Shown here: piece by piece, positions 1 to 8,393 of the stretch
How positions within the stretch are numbered: the stretch's first letter is position 1
Layout: every line of letters begins with the position of its first letter
Source: a virus
Lineage: Duplodnaviria > Caudoviricetes
Strand: one strand, 5' to 3'
DNA: 61,348 bases
Virus record (IMG/VR): IMGVR_UViG_3300033141_003975
Location: 1-61,348 of that record
Notes under the pieces: model-generated
What the model was told of the DNA's origin: nothing
Seen by the model: the letters and a program-made list of their open reading frames with translations, nothing else
Database searches by the model: none
Program-made: the position numbers and the translations under genes

Positions 1-114
1 CACCACTCCCACTCCACTTCAATCCCAACCTTCTTCAGTATAGGCAAGTCATATAATGCATTATGAAACAACACTTCCCCTCTGTACCTTGCCATAACCC
101 CCCTCAACATTTCC
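1..114. repeat. 114-bp direct repeat identical to 61235-61348 (circular overlap)
   Basis: Bases 1-114 match 61235-61348 exactly, and the polA reading frame continues across the junction. Confidence 0.97.
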
Positions 115-866
115 ATCACGTCTTCGTCTTCTACCAACACAACATACCCTCTCCCTGGCCCGGGACTCACGCTCAAACACCACGGCTCCCCTCGCAGACT
201 TGTTGTTTCAGTATCTATAGCTAATTTAGGATAATTCCTCAAAGACCGTATCAAATACTCATCCCCCACACCCAACCTTCTATAATCAACATTCTGTCCT
301 AATTCATCGACAAAATCCTCGGGCACCACTTCCTGATTGATCGTCTTCACGAGGCCGCGAAACCCGCGCCATACGGCACCGTAGGCTTCTGCGTTATGCA
401 AAGCTGAGGCGGGATGTTGCACCGGCACAACAACCCTCTCCTTCCCTGCCACAACGCACCGCTTCGGTATCCCATTGTGCGACTCCAGCCCCACCCCACT
501 GATTGTCCGCGTGGCTACAGCCCCTATCAACCCCAATACTTCAGGATCACATTGTTCAATAATTTTCATCAAATACGGTAAACAACACTCCACTTCCTCT
601 GGCCTCGGATTATCCCCTTTAGGCTTACACCTCATGACATTCTCAATACGGAAATCACGTCGAGAGAGACAATTCCTGCGCAGTAAATTATCAAGCTCCC
701 ACCCCGACGGCCCTACAAAGGGCTTCCCTTGCTCATCCTCTCTCTTCCCTGGTGCTTCTCCGATGAGCATCATTCGGCAGGGCTCTATTGGTTCAATCGG
801 AAGTGGGCCCTTACACCCCTTCCAAGCTCCACACTTCTTACAGCGGTTGCCAAGAATAGGTCTCAT
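1..866 (-). CDS. polA: 5' part of family A DNA polymerase: N-terminal family-4 uracil-DNA glycosylase domain and start of the 3'-5' exonuclease (not in the ORF track; continues across the junction to 59530)
   Basis: Manual translation from ATG 866: MRPILGNRCKKCGAW...MMLIGEAPGKREDEQGKPFVGPSG...NVMRCKP...VVPVQHPAS...LAIDTETTSL. No stop, in frame with 59530..61344; full protein about 856 aa. Confidence 0.93.
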   Translation of the reverse strand, partial: MRPILGNRCKKCGAWKGCKGPLPIEPIEPCRMMLIGEAPGKREDEQGKPFVGPSGWELDNLLRRNCLSRRDFRIENVMRCKPKGDNPRPEEVECCLPYLMKIIEQCDPEVLGLIGAVATRTISGVGLESHNGIPKRCVVAGKERVVVPVQHPASALHNAEAYGAVWRGFRGLVKTINQEVVPEDFVDELGQNVDYRRLGVGDEYLIRSLRNYPKLAIDTETTSLRGEPWCLSVSPGPGRGYVVLVEDEDVMEMLRGVMARYRGEVLFHNALYDLPILKKVGIEVEWEW

Positions 867-946
867 TTGTTCCACCACGCAGCCAGTTCCAGAGACAGGA
901 ATAGTATGAGTAGTGCTACTACGCGGAGTTCATCGCCTACCAACAT
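863..946 (-). CDS. putative 27-aa membrane peptide
   Basis: MLVGDELRVVALLILFLSLELAAWWNK; GGAG upstream; its stop overlaps the polA ATG (ATGA). Confidence 0.45.
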   Translation of the reverse strand: MLVGDELRVVALLILFLSLELAAWWNK

Positions 947-1646
947 GATTCCGTCTCCCAAACACTCGTCTTGCGCTCTTCGCTATTGCTCTCCCCACAC
1001 CCTCTACTTCCATCCACTCCTCCTCACTTGCCGTCACCATATTCCAAACACAACCAAAATGCTTCGCCACCACCCTCGCCTTCTCAAAGCCAATCCCAGG
1101 TATCTGTGCCGCTATCCTCTCCTCAATAGACGACCTGTAAATGCGTCGGGTGTTACATTTCTGTTGTGGCAAACAGCTCCTATGCTTCTCAGGCGGCTTC
1201 CTCCACCACTTATACAACTCGCACAACACCCTCACCGTCCCCTTCACACCCTCGGTAAACAACAAATTCATCCCCCCGACAATCTGTGCCGTAGACAGCA
1301 TTTGCAGGAACTGTGAGTATCTAAACTTCCTTCCTTTCAGCTCCCACCATCCACCGCGTCTCGGCACCAGCAACACCCCACTTCTCCCTTCCTTATACCT
1401 CCCCTCAATCAACAAATAAGCTACATCATAATCCTCTTTCATCTTCACAAGCTGCTCCCCCAGCCGCCCTGACAGACACGAATTCACAAAATCACTCACC
1501 GTCTTCCTCTCAACACCAACCACACTTCCTTCCCCAACCCAGCACACGTCCCCCGCGTCCAGGTGAGACAGTTCCGCGCGAATACCCATATCATCGAAAT
1601 ACTTCACCAACTCCTTACTTCCGACTCTGTCATCCACAAATATCAC
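930..1646 (-). CDS. ERCC4/XPF-Mus81-Hef family structure-specific nuclease with C-terminal HhH
   Basis: VDDR...GD...VERKTVSD motif; IPGIG and VEGVG helix-hairpin-helix motifs. Confidence 0.9.
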   Translation of the reverse strand: MIFVDDRVGSKELVKYFDDMGIRAELSHLDAGDVCWVGEGSVVGVERKTVSDFVNSCLSGRLGEQLVKMKEDYDVAYLLIEGRYKEGRSGVLLVPRRGGWWELKGRKFRYSQFLQMLSTAQIVGGMNLLFTEGVKGTVRVLCELYKWWRKPPEKHRSCLPQQKCNTRRIYRSSIEERIAAQIPGIGFEKARVVAKHFGCVWNMVTASEEEWMEVEGVGRAIAKSARRVFGRRNHVGRR

Positions 1647-1650
1647 TTCA

Positions 1651-1728
1651 CTACCTCACGGTTAGCGTGACAAGAATGCCGATGATGAAGCAAAGCAGCT
1701 GTGTCACAACACCCAGCTCTTCCATCAT
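1651..1728 (-). CDS. putative 25-aa membrane peptide
   Basis: MMEELGVVTQLLCFIIGILVTLTVR; ATGA overlap with the upstream ATPase stop. Confidence 0.4.
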   Translation of the reverse strand: MMEELGVVTQLLCFIIGILVTLTVR

Positions 1729-2414
1729 ATTTGCTCCAGTAATGTCTCAAACCCAATCTCATCACCTTCGAGTATCCAATCAACGAGATCGGGATCGTGT
1801 CGACTATCCAACACCCTCATCTTAAACACGCGGTCTTCTTGGTCGAACCACAAGTCGAGGTTCATCTGCACCACATAAGGCGTGTCCTTAAACCCCGCTC
1901 TCACCAGCTTCCCCGTATATCTGTCATTCACATACTCCCCAGACTTCTTGCTCAAAAACACCGCGTTTTTGTTAGAATCCTTTATTGTATTAAGCAGATT
2001 CCTCATCCTGCGATTCACGGGGCCATAATGATACGGTTGCACCTGCTCCAACTTCCCGAGCATTGCCATTCTCAACAGCTCCCACATCTCAGTCTCCGTA
2101 TCAAACACCAGCGACTTCACTTCCTTACACTCAACCGCCCTATACACTCGCTTCTCTAAATCATCCCACTCCGCTTCAGCTTCCCTCTGTGCCAACTCCA
2201 CCCCTCGCCTGAACTGTGCCACAAATATCTTCTTGTGTTTGAATTTCTTCGCGACACCTTCCAGACCGACGTCGATGTCGAAGTAGGCTATGGGGTCCGG
2301 TGCTGTCAGAGCAAAATGAGTCTTCCCTGACTTCTCACTCCCTGCCGCACACACAATCAGTCTATTGGTTGCCAAAGCCAACTCTTCCACTTTTACGAAA
2401 CCATCCAGGTTCAT
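1725..2414 (-). CDS. AAA_24/Sak4-like ATPase (putative single-strand annealing recombinase)
   Basis: Walker A GSEKSGKT, Walker B LVFD; lies near an exonuclease in the replication module. Confidence 0.75.
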   Translation of the reverse strand: MNLDGFVKVEELALATNRLIVCAAGSEKSGKTHFALTAPDPIAYFDIDVGLEGVAKKFKHKKIFVAQFRRGVELAQREAEAEWDDLEKRVYRAVECKEVKSLVFDTETEMWELLRMAMLGKLEQVQPYHYGPVNRRMRNLLNTIKDSNKNAVFLSKKSGEYVNDRYTGKLVRAGFKDTPYVVQMNLDLWFDQEDRVFKMRVLDSRHDPDLVDWILEGDEIGFETLLEQI

Positions 2415-2845
2415 CTTCCACCTCCTTGTATTTGGTGAATAGCATTCAATAGCGGCACCAACTTCATTTTGTCTTTGCGCTTCATCTCAACCTCAACAGC
2501 TCGTTCCAAGACTTCAGCTACCGAGTGTGGAACAACAATTGTCCTCACGTGGTTCGGGTCACAGTTGTGATGAGCAGCCACAATCACCCCGCCATTGGCC
2601 TTCCGAATCCCAACACAATTCCCACTCCATGTACACACGGGTCGGTAATTCCCGAGACGCAGTGCTCGCTTGCGTGCAATCTCCCTCCCCTCACTTGCAC
2701 TGAACTTGTTACCATTCCTACACAGCGACCACCCTGCCGACAGCCACCATTCCTCATTGAAGCGAAAACGGAGTAACAAAATCACCCCCCGTTTCTTCCG
2801 CTCGACTCCTTTTCGTATATAGACAAAGCGTTCCTCAGGTTCCAT
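2411..2845 (-). CDS. hypothetical protein
   Basis: 144-aa ORF overlapping its neighbours within the operon. Confidence 0.65.
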   Translation of the reverse strand: MEPEERFVYIRKGVERKKRGVILLLRFRFNEEWWLSAGWSLCRNGNKFSASEGREIARKRALRLGNYRPVCTWSGNCVGIRKANGGVIVAAHHNCDPNHVRTIVVPHSVAEVLERAVEVEMKRKDKMKLVPLLNAIHQIQGGGR

Positions 2846-3161
2846 TTTCGGGATTCTCCTTCCAATTTCTTTTCTTCACCAATTCCCACGTCTCATTCAA
2901 AACTTCCTCAGCCGAATATCCGCGTCTCGCGCAGAAATCCAGCAAGTAGATCATAATATCCCCCACAGCATCCCTCTCTTTCTCCCTCAAATCCTCCCCT
3001 TGTCTGATTCCCTGTATTTGTTTGAGCAGAGCATGCGCCAACTCCCCCACTTCCTCTACTATCCCTATGAACTGGTCAACCCCACACGCCCCCGACCTCG
3101 ATCCGAAATTGGCATACGACCACAGCCACACTTCCTCTTGAATCTTCGACAACGATTTCAT
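2835..3161 (-). CDS. MazG-like nucleotide pyrophosphohydrolase
   Basis: EEVGEL...DAVGDIMIYL all-alpha NTP-PPase motif. Confidence 0.85.
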   Translation of the reverse strand: MKSLSKIQEEVWLWSYANFGSRSGACGVDQFIGIVEEVGELAHALLKQIQGIRQGEDLREKERDAVGDIMIYLLDFCARRGYSAEEVLNETWELVKKRNWKENPENGT

Positions 3162-3706
3162 CCTTCCATTCTCCTTGCTACTTTCACTATCATTTCCCAG
3201 TTCTTCCTCAACTCGTCTTCATCGAAAATGAGTTCCCATTCCTCAGCGAAAGGCTCAGGTGGGTTCCAATTCCCACACACCCACAATATCAGCATGACGC
3301 ATCTGTCCACGCCAACCATCCAGCAATAGCTTTTGACTTGGGTCATCCAGTACCAATCGGTGGTGGGATCAAAGGCTTTCTTCCACTTCGCCTTACACTC
3401 AACCAACACAACACTTCCGTCTGGGCGGGTCTCCAATCCATCGGGACTGCCTATAATTCCATCACACTCAACCTCACCAGGGAGGTGCATAGACAATTGG
3501 CGATCCGCCCAGACCTTACTGACAACGTCTTCCCAAACGAACCCGACCTCAGCCCAGTTGCCGGAACCTATTTTTTTGGGGTATTGAGGTTGAATCCCCG
3601 CCAGCTTGGCACACTCGCGAATAACATCGGTCACGTGCAAGCCGGCGGATCTTTCCTGCCCACTTCCGGCAAGGCTTATCTTCCTGTCGAGTCGTTTGGC
3701 ATACAT
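3158..3706 (-). CDS. PD-(D/E)XK exonuclease (RecB/YqaJ/Cas4-like)
   Basis: GSPDGL...VECK...QVKSY motifs. Confidence 0.8.
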   Translation of the reverse strand: MYAKRLDRKISLAGSGQERSAGLHVTDVIRECAKLAGIQPQYPKKIGSGNWAEVGFVWEDVVSKVWADRQLSMHLPGEVECDGIIGSPDGLETRPDGSVVLVECKAKWKKAFDPTTDWYWMTQVKSYCWMVGVDRCVMLILWVCGNWNPPEPFAEEWELIFDEDELRKNWEMIVKVARRMEG

Positions 3707-3710
3707 GCTT

Positions 3711-4463
3711 CTACTCCGCCAACTTCACGTCTCGACCATCCACTTCCACTCCATCCAAGCCCTGTAAATACGAGGACTTCATCACATCCTTCTGGGCTTG
3801 ACTGATAGCTGTTTTTGACGCACCGGCCTCTTCCAGTGCCCCGACTACAGCCTTCATCAGTTTGACTTTAGTCAGCGGGCCTTGCTCGGCGAGGATGCCA
3901 AGAATCACTTCCTCAACATCCACTTCCACTTCCGCTTCCTTCACCTTCTTGGGCCTCCCTCTCCCGCGCTTGGGCGCCTCCTGTTCCAGCAGGGCTGTGG
4001 GTACGAGGATTGTCCTTCCCTGAGCCCCATCCCCTTTCGGCAACCCAGGTCTCTCGGGTGCCGCCACTTGCTCTACATGGCAGCGAAGGCCAATGAGGAA
4101 TGAGCAATCATCGGTGATATCATCCTCGTTGAATCCGGCTTCTACGAGGTGGGAGAGAAAGAACACGAGGTTGGAGGACTTATTGATACTCCTCCCTTCC
4201 CGTCCCTTGCCCACGGGCACAATCTCTTTCCCGTTGGCGGACGGCTCCCAATCCCCGCGCTTCCCTACCGTGTAGTATTGCTCAAACTCACTTCCTTCCT
4301 CTGCACCTTCGAGCACTTTCATACCCACTCTCAGCGCAGGCACTCCATCCCGCAGGGTTCCCTGGTAGTCGCAGAAGGTGAATTCAGCTTCAGTGAACTC
4401 TACATCCGCGCGCTCCAGCACAGCCCCGCTTACAGCATCACTAGGCTTCAACGATGCTCCCAT
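3711..4463 (-). CDS. nested in-frame gene, putative DNA-binding protein (SSB-like; AT-hook-like PKRGRGRPKK)
   Basis: Strong RBS AAAGGAG before ATG 4463 (MGASLKPSDAV), right after the end of the DinG C-terminal domain. Confidence 0.6.
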   Translation of the reverse strand: MGASLKPSDAVSGAVLERADVEFTEAEFTFCDYQGTLRDGVPALRVGMKVLEGAEEGSEFEQYYTVGKRGDWEPSANGKEIVPVGKGREGRSINKSSNLVFFLSHLVEAGFNEDDITDDCSFLIGLRCHVEQVAAPERPGLPKGDGAQGRTILVPTALLEQEAPKRGRGRPKKVKEAEVEVDVEEVILGILAEQGPLTKVKLMKAVVGALEEAGASKTAISQAQKDVMKSSYLQGLDGVEVDGRDVKLAE

Positions 4464-5990
4464 AATACTTCTCCTTTCCTTTGGCAAATCGCCTATACGT
4501 TTTATCCGCTTTGCAAACCAATTAGGAGCAAAGTCGGAATAATTCTCAAACCATTTCTCTACAACATCATCCAAGATGTATGTTGTGCAGCGGTCAGTTT
4601 CAGTCCTCACCCCTCTCCCCACACTCTGAACCAGATTCTGCATGGTGATCCAATGGATATAGTCTTTGTCTTGCCTGGATTTGTATTGAATGAGAGGGTC
4701 CCCGAGGTTGGGGAAGGGGAGTTTCGCAATTATCTGATAATGGCATTGGTCGTGAGGGAAGTTGTGGCCTTGGGATACAGACGGCGACACAAGCACTGCG
4801 GGCGCTTCCGCTCGCTTAAAGACTTCGACTATCTCTTGCGCCCTACTCCCCCACCTATTGTAAAACAACCTCTCCCTATACCTACTCCTCTCCACTATAA
4901 GATTCTGCAACTTGTAACTTGTCGTATGAATTATCCCCTTCTCATTCCCTCTAGCCTCTATTATCCTGTCAATCTGCTCCGTCAATTTATTCGCATCCAA
5001 AAACAAACTATACCTACTCAACCTCGTTGTCGGCAAATACAATACTTCATTATTCTCGGGCGGAAACAGACTCGGAAACTCCCGCCAAATATAATCCTCC
5101 GCCCCAGCTTCCTCCAAATGCTTCGGTGTCAGATTCGCCGAGAACAACCCCTTGACCACACCCTTGGGGAATAGCGCTTCCTGAACCAAGTCCTTTTCCA
5201 GTGAGGGTGAGTAGAGAGTCACTGTGCCGTTTGTGCGGAAGCTCTTGAACACCGAGGCACGGTAAATAACACGGGTACTATCTCTCAGTCTCGTGAGTTT
5301 GGATATTGTACGCGCCCTATCCAGGGTGTAACAGTCCTTTGCATAGCGTGACAGGACGGCCAATCTCCTATCCAAACTCCTTGCCAACTTCTCTGCTCCT
5401 TTACGACTCAACCCGCCATTAACCGGAATATCACATTCCTTGAGCACAGTCACAGGCACTTCCACACACGCCATCCTCTCAAAGATACTATTTATCTGGT
5501 GAGCCTCATCACAGTAAATAGCCTCGAATTTGCCAAGTGGACTGTTGTCGGAAGCTTGGCATTGAGACCAATAGTGGTAATTCGCCACGACTATGTCACA
5601 GTCCCTAGCTCTAGCTATAGCTACTGAATAGGGACAGTCATTGTCTTTGTATTGACATTGCAACCCAAGAGTGCAAGGACCACAATCACAAGCTAGGCGT
5701 TTATCCCGCAGGCACTGGTACGAATTCCTTCCTGCGATATACCCGAGATTGAGTTCGGGAAAGTCCGTGAGCAGTTGTTGCTGTAGGGCTTTAGTCGCGG
5801 TGAGAATAAGAGTCCTTTTACGTCGAATACGCGCCGCTCCCATATACACCGCCGACTTCCCAGCTCCTGTGGGGAGAGTCTCGGCCACCGGTAATGTTGA
5901 GTTTGTTAATAGACTTTGTAAAGCTTCTTTTTGGGTTGGTCGCCAGGTATCGAAGGGGAGGTGTAATGCGCGTGGGGATTCGGGTATCAT
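3711..5990 (-). CDS. DinG/XPD-family Fe-S SF2 helicase, read in frame into a C-terminal ~250-aa protein
   Basis: Q motif RPTQ, PTGAGKS, Cys cluster GRNSYQC...CPY, DEAH, AKLPFP, QSVGRGVR. Start at 5990 is uncertain (ORF track opens at 6065). Confidence 0.88.
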   Translation of the reverse strand: MIPESPRALHLPFDTWRPTQKEALQSLLTNSTLPVAETLPTGAGKSAVYMGAARIRRKRTLILTATKALQQQLLTDFPELNLGYIAGRNSYQCLRDKRLACDCGPCTLGLQCQYKDNDCPYSVAIARARDCDIVVANYHYWSQCQASDNSPLGKFEAIYCDEAHQINSIFERMACVEVPVTVLKECDIPVNGGLSRKGAEKLARSLDRRLAVLSRYAKDCYTLDRARTISKLTRLRDSTRVIYRASVFKSFRTNGTVTLYSPSLEKDLVQEALFPKGVVKGLFSANLTPKHLEEAGAEDYIWREFPSLFPPENNEVLYLPTTRLSRYSLFLDANKLTEQIDRIIEARGNEKGIIHTTSYKLQNLIVERSRYRERLFYNRWGSRAQEIVEVFKRAEAPAVLVSPSVSQGHNFPHDQCHYQIIAKLPFPNLGDPLIQYKSRQDKDYIHWITMQNLVQSVGRGVRTETDRCTTYILDDVVEKWFENYSDFAPNWFAKRIKRIGDLPKERRSIMGASLKPSDAVSGAVLERADVEFTEAEFTFCDYQGTLRDGVPALRVGMKVLEGAEEGSEFEQYYTVGKRGDWEPSANGKEIVPVGKGREGRSINKSSNLVFFLSHLVEAGFNEDDITDDCSFLIGLRCHVEQVAAPERPGLPKGDGAQGRTILVPTALLEQEAPKRGRGRPKKVKEAEVEVDVEEVILGILAEQGPLTKVKLMKAVVGALEEAGASKTAISQAQKDVMKSSYLQGLDGVEVDGRDVKLAE

Positions 5991-6004
5991 TAGGCCCTGG
6001 GCGC

Positions 6005-6065
6005 TTGCCGGTCGAGGGTGGAAGTGCAAGGAGAACCCGGAGACAGCATTCCGACATACCGGCAA
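6005..6065 (-). ncRNA. Y-RNA-like bulged hairpin directly downstream of the TROVE/Ro60 gene
   Basis: TTGCCGGT/ACCGGCAA terminal stem plus a second bulged stem GTCGGAATGC/GCACTTCCAC. Confidence 0.4.
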
Positions 6066-6090
6066 AGAGACAATACGTTATTGGGTTAAG

Positions 6091-7470
6091 TTAGTCAAGC
6101 TCTCCATCGAAAAAATGGACTATTGTGTCGAAGGCACCAGCGTCAAGCCCTGCCGCCAACAGACACTTTGGATCTTTCGGGTATTCAACAACGGGCTTCG
6201 GTCGTGTCAGCATCAAGACTGCGACACGCACTCTGCCATAATCTCTCAAAGTCCTACTCAATACTTCCCACCCTCGCACTGATTTATTATCCGTGAGTAT
6301 CAAGATATTGGCGTAGTCTCTTTTGGCAAACCGCAGTGGGAGGGTCAGGTCCATGCCACCGGTGAGATCACAACATTCGTGTATGGCCCTGGTCAGTGAG
6401 GGTTTATTGCCCAGATTCAACATCTTCATGCCTTTACGGTCGTGCCCTATCACAGTGAATGCCTCCCATTTCCGCGCTATGGCAGATAACAAAGCTGCGG
6501 CTGTGACACGGGGTTGACCAGGGTAGCAGTCCACAACCACCAATGTCCTATTCTTCGGGGCTGGCAACCTCGCTTCCGCTGTGACATGGAAAGCGTGTTC
6601 CAGAGCAGTCAGCAGGAATGGTGCAGCCTCCCACCCTTCCCCATTCCCATACTTATCCCAAGCTTCATACACTTGGACAGGGTGAATCTTACTCCTGACC
6701 AATACCCCATCATCGCATAGAAGGCTTGCTACGGGCTCACCAAGGTGATTTACAGCCCCACAGGCTGTTATGGTACCCAGATTCTGAATCAAGACCCCTG
6801 TGGGCGTTCTCTTGATCTGATGCTCCCAGAATCGCTTATCCCGCAGGTGTTTGGGCACGATCTCCAATGGCACGACAATCATGTCCTCTACTTTTTTACA
6901 GACTTCCAAGGCATTGGCTTTGGGATTCTGGAATGCCAAGTAAGTGTCAAGCAGAGGATCAACCCCAGTCTCCTGCGTAAACACCCACCGGACCAAGTCC
7001 CTATTCATGCAGGAATCCAACACTCTGGGGTGTGCCACGCGGAGAAGGTCTTTGTGTGTCCACCCATACCCCCTCGGGTACTTCACAAGTTGCAGTGCCA
7101 GTGCAGGGTGTTCTGTGTACCAGCGCGAGATCGCTCTACGTACGGAGCGAGGACAGGATTTCTTCCTTGACAGTTTCCGGTACTCGGCGAAGAACCGGAA
7201 CAGATCCCACCCAGTCTCCACCAAAGGGCAAAACGCATTGACAGATGCCTCTTTATTGGTGCCCCAGACAAACGAGGCCGCAAGCAGGACCACAGACGGA
7301 GTCCTCCTTACCAACCCTCGCTTTTTGAGCCTGAGTGCCAGATCCAATACTTCATTGGTATCCTTTGTCAAGTATTGTTTCAATTTGTCAACTTCTATTA
7401 CACTTAGCTCCACTTCGTTACAAAACCGCACTCTCTTGAGGTTACCGAGGGTCAAGTATTGTTTGAGCAT
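6091..7470 (-). CDS. TROVE-domain (Ro60/Rsr-like) RNA-binding protein with degenerate vWA domain
   Basis: LALQLVKYPRGYGWTHKDLLRVAHP Ro60 signature, IHPVQV, ILTDN; GGAGG RBS and TGATG coupling to the upstream methylase. Confidence 0.85.
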   Translation of the reverse strand: MLKQYLTLGNLKRVRFCNEVELSVIEVDKLKQYLTKDTNEVLDLALRLKKRGLVRRTPSVVLLAASFVWGTNKEASVNAFCPLVETGWDLFRFFAEYRKLSRKKSCPRSVRRAISRWYTEHPALALQLVKYPRGYGWTHKDLLRVAHPRVLDSCMNRDLVRWVFTQETGVDPLLDTYLAFQNPKANALEVCKKVEDMIVVPLEIVPKHLRDKRFWEHQIKRTPTGVLIQNLGTITACGAVNHLGEPVASLLCDDGVLVRSKIHPVQVYEAWDKYGNGEGWEAAPFLLTALEHAFHVTAEARLPAPKNRTLVVVDCYPGQPRVTAAALLSAIARKWEAFTVIGHDRKGMKMLNLGNKPSLTRAIHECCDLTGGMDLTLPLRFAKRDYANILILTDNKSVRGWEVLSRTLRDYGRVRVAVLMLTRPKPVVEYPKDPKCLLAAGLDAGAFDTIVHFFDGELD

Positions 7471-8393
7471 CACACACACCTCCCGTAGGTCTTGCGTTTA
7501 TGCTGCTTCTTCGCTTCCGATCCCCTGGTTTTACACTCTTTCAGCAACTCTTCCTTCCTGGGGTACTTCGGCCTCCCGACCATCAGGATCAATTTCTCAC
7601 TTGACTCCAGACGCTCTCGGGCCATCTCTATGTATTCCTCACAGATATCAATACCCAGATACCGTCGGTTCATGATCTTGGCCGCGACACAGGTTGTGCC
7701 CGTGCCACAGAAGGGATCGAGTACCAAATCCCCAGGGAAGTCCTTTACTCCGCCATAGGTATAGAGCCGGATCAATCTAGCTGGGAGTTTCAGCGGGAAC
7801 GGTGCCGGATGTTTACTTTTCCGAGACACGTTCTCGGGGTACATGAACCACACTTGCTGAGTGAGATCGAGCCACTCCTCCCGCGAAAGCTTATTTGCTT
7901 CCTTGACTTCCTTGGGATATTTCGGCGGGCTCCCGGGCTTCACAAACACATTGATAAACTCAATAGTGTTGTTCTCAAGCAAATTACCAGGGTAGGGGTA
8001 GCTGCCGAACATGAGCTTCGACGTCTGCTTCTGCCAGATGAACAAGCTATAGCGAAGCAACTCAGTCTCAGACATTATCATATACTCTATGTCATTATTG
8101 ATATTCTTGATATGCCGTGTGTGTTGGTCACCAATGATTGATTTTGGGATAGGTAGAATTGGAGTGTTAATGGCCAACTTCCCATTCGGACGTAAAACCC
8201 GCTCGCACTGTTGCCAGACTTCCAACAGCGACAATAAGTAACTCTCATACCCTCCGCTACACTGTTTTGTAGCTTTATTGTATACAACAGCTGACCAATA
8301 CGGGGGTGAGGTTACAACCAGGTCTATGCTTTCGGAAGGAAGAGATTTTAATAATTCAACAGCGTCACTACTAAATAATTCATTGGGGCTCAT
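7470..8393 (-). CDS. DNA methyltransferase, N4-C/N6-A beta class
   Basis: TSPPY catalytic motif, HPAPFP, DPFCGTGTT SAM-binding motif. Confidence 0.92.
   Translation of the reverse strand: MSPNELFSSDAVELLKSLPSESIDLVVTSPPYWSAVVYNKATKQCSGGYESYLLSLLEVWQQCERVLRPNGKLAINTPILPIPKSIIGDQHTRHIKNINNDIEYMIMSETELLRYSLFIWQKQTSKLMFGSYPYPGNLLENNTIEFINVFVKPGSPPKYPKEVKEANKLSREEWLDLTQQVWFMYPENVSRKSKHPAPFPLKLPARLIRLYTYGGVKDFPGDLVLDPFCGTGTTCVAAKIMNRRYLGIDICEEYIEMARERLESSEKLILMVGRPKYPRKEELLKECKTRGSEAKKQHKRKTYGRCV

Noticed and set aside
3158-3706. Cas4-like nuclease plus Csx20-like gene as a CRISPR system
   Set aside because: No repeat-spacer array or other cas genes; the nuclease sits in a normal recombination module.
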